Below are positions 7,423 through 11,820 of a stretch of DNA of 11,820 bases, in pieces. Under the pieces are notes generated by a model. The model was not told where the DNA came from. It ran no database searches and worked only from the letters and a program-made list of their open reading frames with translations. The stretch's first letter is position 1; every line of letters begins with the position of its first letter. Where the stretch lies: contig CBDCCZ010000008.1 of the NCBI GenBank assembly GCA_965215005.1, positions 1-11,820 of the forward strand, in the 5' to 3' direction. Made by a program: the position numbers and the translations under genes. The DNA comes from Kofleriaceae bacterium. GTDB lineage: Bacteria; Myxococcota_A; Polyangia; Haliangiales; Haliangiaceae.

Positions 7423-8323
7423 TTAGGGCGTGGCGCGGTCCCATACGCCGCGGATCTTTGGTGAGTACGCATAGGCCGCCAGCGTGTGGCTCGGCTTGCG
7501 CTCGCGCACCTTCTTGAAGATTGCGAGGGCGGAGTCGTCATCGCCATAGGCGACATAGGTGGCGCCTAGCAGCACGCCGACCCGAACCGCCAGCGCGGTT
7601 ATCCAGATAATCAGGATCTATCGTGGTGAGAGCGCGTTTGACCGCAGCGAAGTCGCCGTCGCGCCAGGCCCGGCGCGCATCGGGAAGAACGCTTTCAGCG
7701 CGATCTTGCATCTCCAGGCGCTTCTGCACGCGGGCGCGGGATTCCGCATCGGGCGGCGGTAGGCGCGAGGCGCGGACGCTCACGTGGTGAATCGGAACGA
7801 CGATGCTCTCGCTCTTTTCGAGAACGTTCGAGTCGCGAAAATTATACTGTTGCAACAGCTCTGCTTGTCGCTTATCGGCGAAGTAGGCCGCAGCGATTTC
7901 CGCCAGTGTCTCGCGCCCCGCCGCGGTGTGCGTCACGTGAAACGGAATCCGCAACGTCTGCCCCGCCGCCAACGTTTCATCCGCCGGCACGTTGTTGAAC
8001 CGAGCCAGAAATTCAGCTCGTCGCTCGTCGCCGAGGTGCGTCTTTGCAAGCCCTTCGAAGGTGTCACCCACCGCCGTGGTGAGATCGGTCGACACCGGGA
8101 TGTTGAGGCGCTCCCCGCGCTTGAGCTTGCGCGGGTGGGTCATATCGTTAGCCACCATGATGAAGATGGCGTGACGTCGGTCGCCGTAATACTCGGCGGC
8201 AATGAGCTCGAGCGTGTCGTTGTCTTTGACCTTGTAGCGAACCGTTTGGTCGATCTCGGCGCGTGCAGGAGCGGCGATTGCCAACATCACGGCTAGCAGT
8301 TGCCAACTGAGAAAGCTCCTCAT
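7423..8323 (-). CDS. Secreted triple-LysM protein with C-terminal TPR-like helices; apparent +1 frameshift at about 7599-7600
   Basis: Signal peptide ending in A-R-A; three LysM-like units (YKVKDNDTLELIAAEYYG, TTAVGDTFEGLAKTHLG, HTAAGRETLAEIAAAYFA). Removing one base at 7599-7600 extends it as DTALAVRVGVLLGATYVAYGDDDSALAIFKKVRERKPSHTLAAYAYSPKIRGVWDRATP to TAA at 7425-7423 (299 aa). ATGA overlap with the upstream kinase and an AGGAG SD. Confidence 0.85.
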
Positions 8324-9696
8324 GGGGACTCCTGAGCAATGCCGGCGTCTTTCGCTCGCGGCTGTGCGTCGGCTCTCTTGGTGGCTTCTCGCTCGAGGTC
8401 GATGCGCAGCTCGAGTGGGGTTTCTGTAGTGCTCCCTGGCGGAACGTCGATAGACCGCGACACCGGTGAAAAGAAGTCATTCTCGATGGTCACGACGTGC
8501 GTGCCTTCGTTGGCTTCAAAGGGCGTAGCCATGGGAGTGTAGCCAACCTCGTCCCCATCGAGGAAAATCCGCCCCCACGGATGAACGATCACGCGCACAA
8601 AGCCCCGCTCTGGCTGCGCGAGCATCGCTGGCTGCACTGGACGGGCGGCGCCCAGCGGCGCCAAGTGAAAGATTCCCACCATCAGTGCCACCACCGCAAA
8701 GATCGCGGTTTGCACCGTGAAGCTTCGCCGCACTAGCTGTCGCGCGGCGGGGTTGGGTTGGGCCAGCGCTCCGGCACCAGGACCGCCGAGCGCCGGGTTG
8801 AGATATTCGTCAGCTTCGAACTGGGTGATGATGTCCTGGTTCTTGATGAACAGCACCAAGCGAGCGTGGTAGTTCATCTCCACGTGCTTGGCGAGGAAGC
8901 GCTCGAGCGCCATGACCAGGTTTTGCGCCGAGCGCCAGCGATCCCGCGGCTGCTTGTTGAGGCACTTGTCGATGATGCGCTCGAGCTCGCGCGGGATTTC
9001 TGGATTGAGCTTGCGCGCCCGCACGTGCTTCTCTAGGCGAATCTTGTGCATCACCGACTTCTGCTCGTCCTCGACGAAAGGCTTGCCGCCGGTGACCATC
9101 TGATAGAGCACGATGCCGAGCGAGAAGATGTCTGAGCGGGCGTCGAGCTTCTCGCCGAGAATCTGCTCCGGCGACATATAGGCCGGGGTTCCGATACCCG
9201 TGCCTGCTTCGGTGAGATCGTCGAAGCTCTTATCGCGAGCAATCCCGAAATCCATGACCTTCACGCCGCCCTGGCGGGAGATCATGATGTTGGCGGGCTT
9301 GATGTCGCGGTGGAGGATGCCGCGGTAGTGGATGTAATCGAGCGCGCGCGCGACTTGCATCGCAACGATCGCGGCGACGTCGTAAGGCAGCCGGCCACAT
9401 CGATCCAGCAGATCGTAGAGGTCGATGCCCGAGACGTATTCCATCACGATGAAGAACGCGCCGCGTTCGTGATGGAAGTTGTAGATGTGGATGATGTTCT
9501 CGTGCTGTAGGTTCGCCAGCGACTGCGCTTCGCGCTCGAACCGGGTAATGAGCTGCGGCTCGGCGGTGGCCGAGGTCTTGAGCGCTTTGATCGCGACGGT
9601 GCGGTTCAGCGAGTCCTGGATCGCGCGGTAGACCACTGCCATCCCACCGGAGGCAACCTCCTCCACGATCCTACAGTCCCCGATGCGTTCGAGCAT
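8320..9696 (-). CDS. Membrane Ser/Thr protein kinase with C-terminal PEGA-like domain
   Basis: VASGGMAVVY, VAIKAL, HRDIKPAN, KVMDFGIA, GTPAYMSPE, DIFSLG; TM helix TAIFAVVALMVGIFHLA; PEGA-like GFVRVIVHPWGRIFLDGDEVGYTP...GTHVVTIEN. GGAAGG precedes the ATG. Confidence 0.95.
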   Translation of the reverse strand: MLERIGDCRIVEEVASGGMAVVYRAIQDSLNRTVAIKALKTSATAEPQLITRFEREAQSLANLQHENIIHIYNFHHERGAFFIVMEYVSGIDLYDLLDRCGRLPYDVAAIVAMQVARALDYIHYRGILHRDIKPANIMISRQGGVKVMDFGIARDKSFDDLTEAGTGIGTPAYMSPEQILGEKLDARSDIFSLGIVLYQMVTGGKPFVEDEQKSVMHKIRLEKHVRARKLNPEIPRELERIIDKCLNKQPRDRWRSAQNLVMALERFLAKHVEMNYHARLVLFIKNQDIITQFEADEYLNPALGGPGAGALAQPNPAARQLVRRSFTVQTAIFAVVALMVGIFHLAPLGAARPVQPAMLAQPERGFVRVIVHPWGRIFLDGDEVGYTPMATPFEANEGTHVVTIENDFFSPVSRSIDVPPGSTTETPLELRIDLEREATKRADAQPRAKDAGIAQESP

Positions 9697-9805
9697 TGGC
9701 CTTCCAAGCTATCGCAGATCCGTCACTCGAGCGAGCACGCCCTGGTGCCTCATCTCGCAGCAAATTGTCACCTCCCGCCGTTGCCGAACCGGTATCATCA
9801 ACGCA
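9697..9805. promoter_or_regulatory. Divergent promoter region between two kinase genes
   Basis: Minus strand: TAGCTT (9711-9706) 9 nt before ATG 9696. Plus strand: TATCAT (9793-9798) 7 nt before the in-frame GTG 9806. No well-spaced -35 element was seen. Confidence 0.5.
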
Positions 9806-11683
9806 GTGCAGCGCCCGCAGTCTGGACGCCGTCGAGCAGGCATTGAGGAGGGCGCGGCATTGGGCCGCGACGTCGAGCCGCTCGACGACAGCATTTTAGC
9901 ACCGCCGGAGCATCAGGCAGAGGCGCGTTACGAGCTCGGCGAGCTCATCGGTCGGGGCGGGATGGGCGAGGTCAGGGCCGCGTTCGATCGCAGAATCGGC
10001 CGCGAGGTCGCGATCAAGACGCTATTTGCGGGCGAGGTCACTCGTGGCGACGCTCAGGTGCGTTTCGTTCGCGAGGCCCGGGTGCAAGGGTTGCTCGAGC
10101 ATCCGGCAATCGTTCCCGTGCACGACCTCGGGTTCGATGCTCAAGAACGGCCGTTCTTCGTAATGAAACTCATCAGCGGAGTAACGCTCGCCGAGGTGCT
10201 GCGCGACCGGACGGCGGACGAGCCCCTACGAGCGCGCTTCGGACTGCGAACGCTACTGGCTCGATTCGCCGATGTTTGCCTCGCCGTCGATTTCGCGCAC
10301 TCCCGAGGAGTGGTGCACCGCGACCTCAAGCCCACCAACATCATGCTCGGAGCGTTCGGGGAGGTGTGGGTGCTCGACTGGGGCGTGGCCAAGCTCGCGA
10401 CCGACGGCAATGATGTCGAGGCTACGCGCGCCGGCGCGGCGACTCTGAGCGCGGCGGCCAAGGGGCTGCTCGCGACGAGCGATACGGTGGCGAGCACGGT
10501 CCTCGGCACGCCTGGCTACGTTGCGCCCGAACAGCTCATCGAGGGAGCCTCCGCGGATCATCGCGTCGATGTCTACGCGCTCGGGTGTGTGCTGTTTGAG
10601 ATCCTCGCCGGACGACCCGCTCATCCGCGCGGAGAGGCGGCAATTTCGTCCACGTTGCGCGGCGCGCCGCGAGCACCGTCGGCGCATGGTGACGGCGGCG
10701 TTCCTCCGGAGCTCGACGCGGTGTGCCTGCGAGCGATGGCGACGGCACCGGGTGACCGCTTCTCCTCGGTGCGCGAGTTGCATGATGCGGTGCAGGCGTT
10801 TCTCGATGGCGATCGTGACCTGGCGCAACGCCGCCGCCTGGCCCGCAGGCATGTGCGGGGCGCCAAGCGAGCGCTGGAACGGGGCGATCGTCCAACCGCG
10901 ATGCGCGAAGCAGGCGCGGCAATGGCGCTCGATCCCGTCAACGACGCGGCTCCCGCCATCGTCACGAGGGTAATGCTCGAGCCGCCCGAGGGCGACATGC
11001 CAGATGAGGCGCAGTCAGAGCTGGGGCGCAGCTTGAGTCGCGCCGGGCTTCTCCAGGCCAGGGCCCTCGTCATCATTTGCGCCATATATGGCCTGCTTGG
11101 GCCGGCTCTACTGTGGTTAGGGCGAGCCGGTTTGAAGTGGGCACTCGCGATGCTCGCTGGCTCGGTGATGCTGGCGATGCTGGGGTGGATCGGCCAGCGC
11201 CAGCGGGTCCCCGCGGGCAAGCTGATGTGGGTAACCATCGTGGGCAACGCACTGCTTGCAGCGGTGGTCTCTCGTGTCCTCAGCCCCCTCACGATTCCCG
11301 CCGCGCTCGCCACCGCTTCGGTAATGGCGTTCATCGTTCATCCCGTGGTCCGACGGCCTGCCATGGTCATCGGGCTCTACATATTGGTGGTGGTTGGACC
11401 CGCGGCACTCGAGGCTATAGGGGTCCTCCCTCGCACCTTCGAGCTCCGCGACGGCGGGATCTTCCTGCATTCTGACGTCGTCGATGCGGGGCATCCCGCC
11501 ACGATTGTCGCGCTGTTCCTATTTCTGAGCTTTCATCTGATTTCGTCGGGGATTTTCGCGCTCACGTTGCACGGCGAGCGGCTGGAAGCGCAGCGCCAGC
11601 TGCACCGCCAAGCCTGGTACCTGCGCAGTTTGGTACGGCGGCTGCCCGACGATCGAGACCTCGACTCCTCGAGCGACGGGTAA
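9806..11683 (+). CDS. Ser/Thr protein kinase with C-terminal polytopic membrane domain (about 6 TM helices)
   Basis: [46 protein letters not shown]; a helical linker and then about six hydrophobic segments. Start is GTG 9806 or TTG 9860 (GAGGAG at 9845-9850). Confidence 0.92.
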   Translation: MQRPQSGRRRAGIEEGAALGRDVEPLDDSILAPPEHQAEARYELGELIGRGGMGEVRAAFDRRIGREVAIKTLFAGEVTRGDAQVRFVREARVQGLLEHPAIVPVHDLGFDAQERPFFVMKLISGVTLAEVLRDRTADEPLRARFGLRTLLARFADVCLAVDFAHSRGVVHRDLKPTNIMLGAFGEVWVLDWGVAKLATDGNDVEATRAGAATLSAAAKGLLATSDTVASTVLGTPGYVAPEQLIEGASADHRVDVYALGCVLFEILAGRPAHPRGEAAISSTLRGAPRAPSAHGDGGVPPELDAVCLRAMATAPGDRFSSVRELHDAVQAFLDGDRDLAQRRRLARRHVRGAKRALERGDRPTAMREAGAAMALDPVNDAAPAIVTRVMLEPPEGDMPDEAQSELGRSLSRAGLLQARALVIICAIYGLLGPALLWLGRAGLKWALAMLAGSVMLAMLGWIGQRQRVPAGKLMWVTIVGNALLAAVVSRVLSPLTIPAALATASVMAFIVHPVVRRPAMVIGLYILVVVGPAALEAIGVLPRTFELRDGGIFLHSDVVDAGHPATIVALFLFLSFHLISSGIFALTLHGERLEAQRQLHRQAWYLRSLVRRLPDDRDLDSSSDG

Positions 11684-11760
11684 CCCGCGCTAGCGGGAGC
11701 CAACTGTCGACCTGATCACGAGGAGTTACGAGCGCCGTGGTCGACAGCGCAGCGGATGCG

Positions 11761-11809
11761 AAAAAAAATCCGATTCCGAGTTGACGCAAAAAAAGAGGCT
11801 GGGTATAAG
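11761..11809 (+). promoter_or_regulatory. Strong sigma70-type promoter with an upstream A-tract, facing out of the window
   Basis: TTGACG (11781-11786), a 17-nt spacer, TATAAG (11804-11809); A8 tract at 11761-11768; followed by CACC. Confidence 0.8.
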
Positions 11810-11820
11810 CACCATCCCTT

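Noticed and set aside
9683..9805. Longest-ORF start of the last kinase, overlapping the divergent kinase start
   Set aside because: It leaves no room for promoters. Better starts exist at 9806 (after TATCAT) and 9860 (after GAGGAG).

Overview
High-GC chromosomal segment whose gene content (three Hanks-type Ser/Thr kinases, a PEGA domain, ExEPN[D/A] repeats, a DUF192 lipoprotein) suggests Myxococcota; the taxon is an inference. Left to right: the 3' part of a hypothetical gene, a DUF192 lipoprotein, an exported hypothetical protein, and a coupled cobA/hemD - hemB-like - DUF4177-like operon. Next is a minus-strand cluster read from 9696 down to 4318: PEGA kinase, secreted triple-LysM protein, membrane-anchored metallophosphoesterase-fold protein, zinc-ribbon kinase. 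A divergent polytopic-membrane kinase and a strong sigma70-type promoter end the window. Main observations: (1) the HemB homologue is full length but lacks both Schiff-base lysines, the metal-ligand loop and substrate-binding residues, so it looks like a conserved pseudoenzyme within a tetrapyrrole operon; (2) the metallophosphoesterase-fold protein lacks most metal ligands and sits with a LysM protein between two receptor-type kinases, suggesting an undescribed envelope-sensing module; (3) several genes have a TAnnnT box 6-7 nt before the start codon, suggesting leaderless mRNAs. Three single-base insertions break otherwise normal genes and are probably sequencing errors. Family assignments come from motif recognition by eye; no searches were run.
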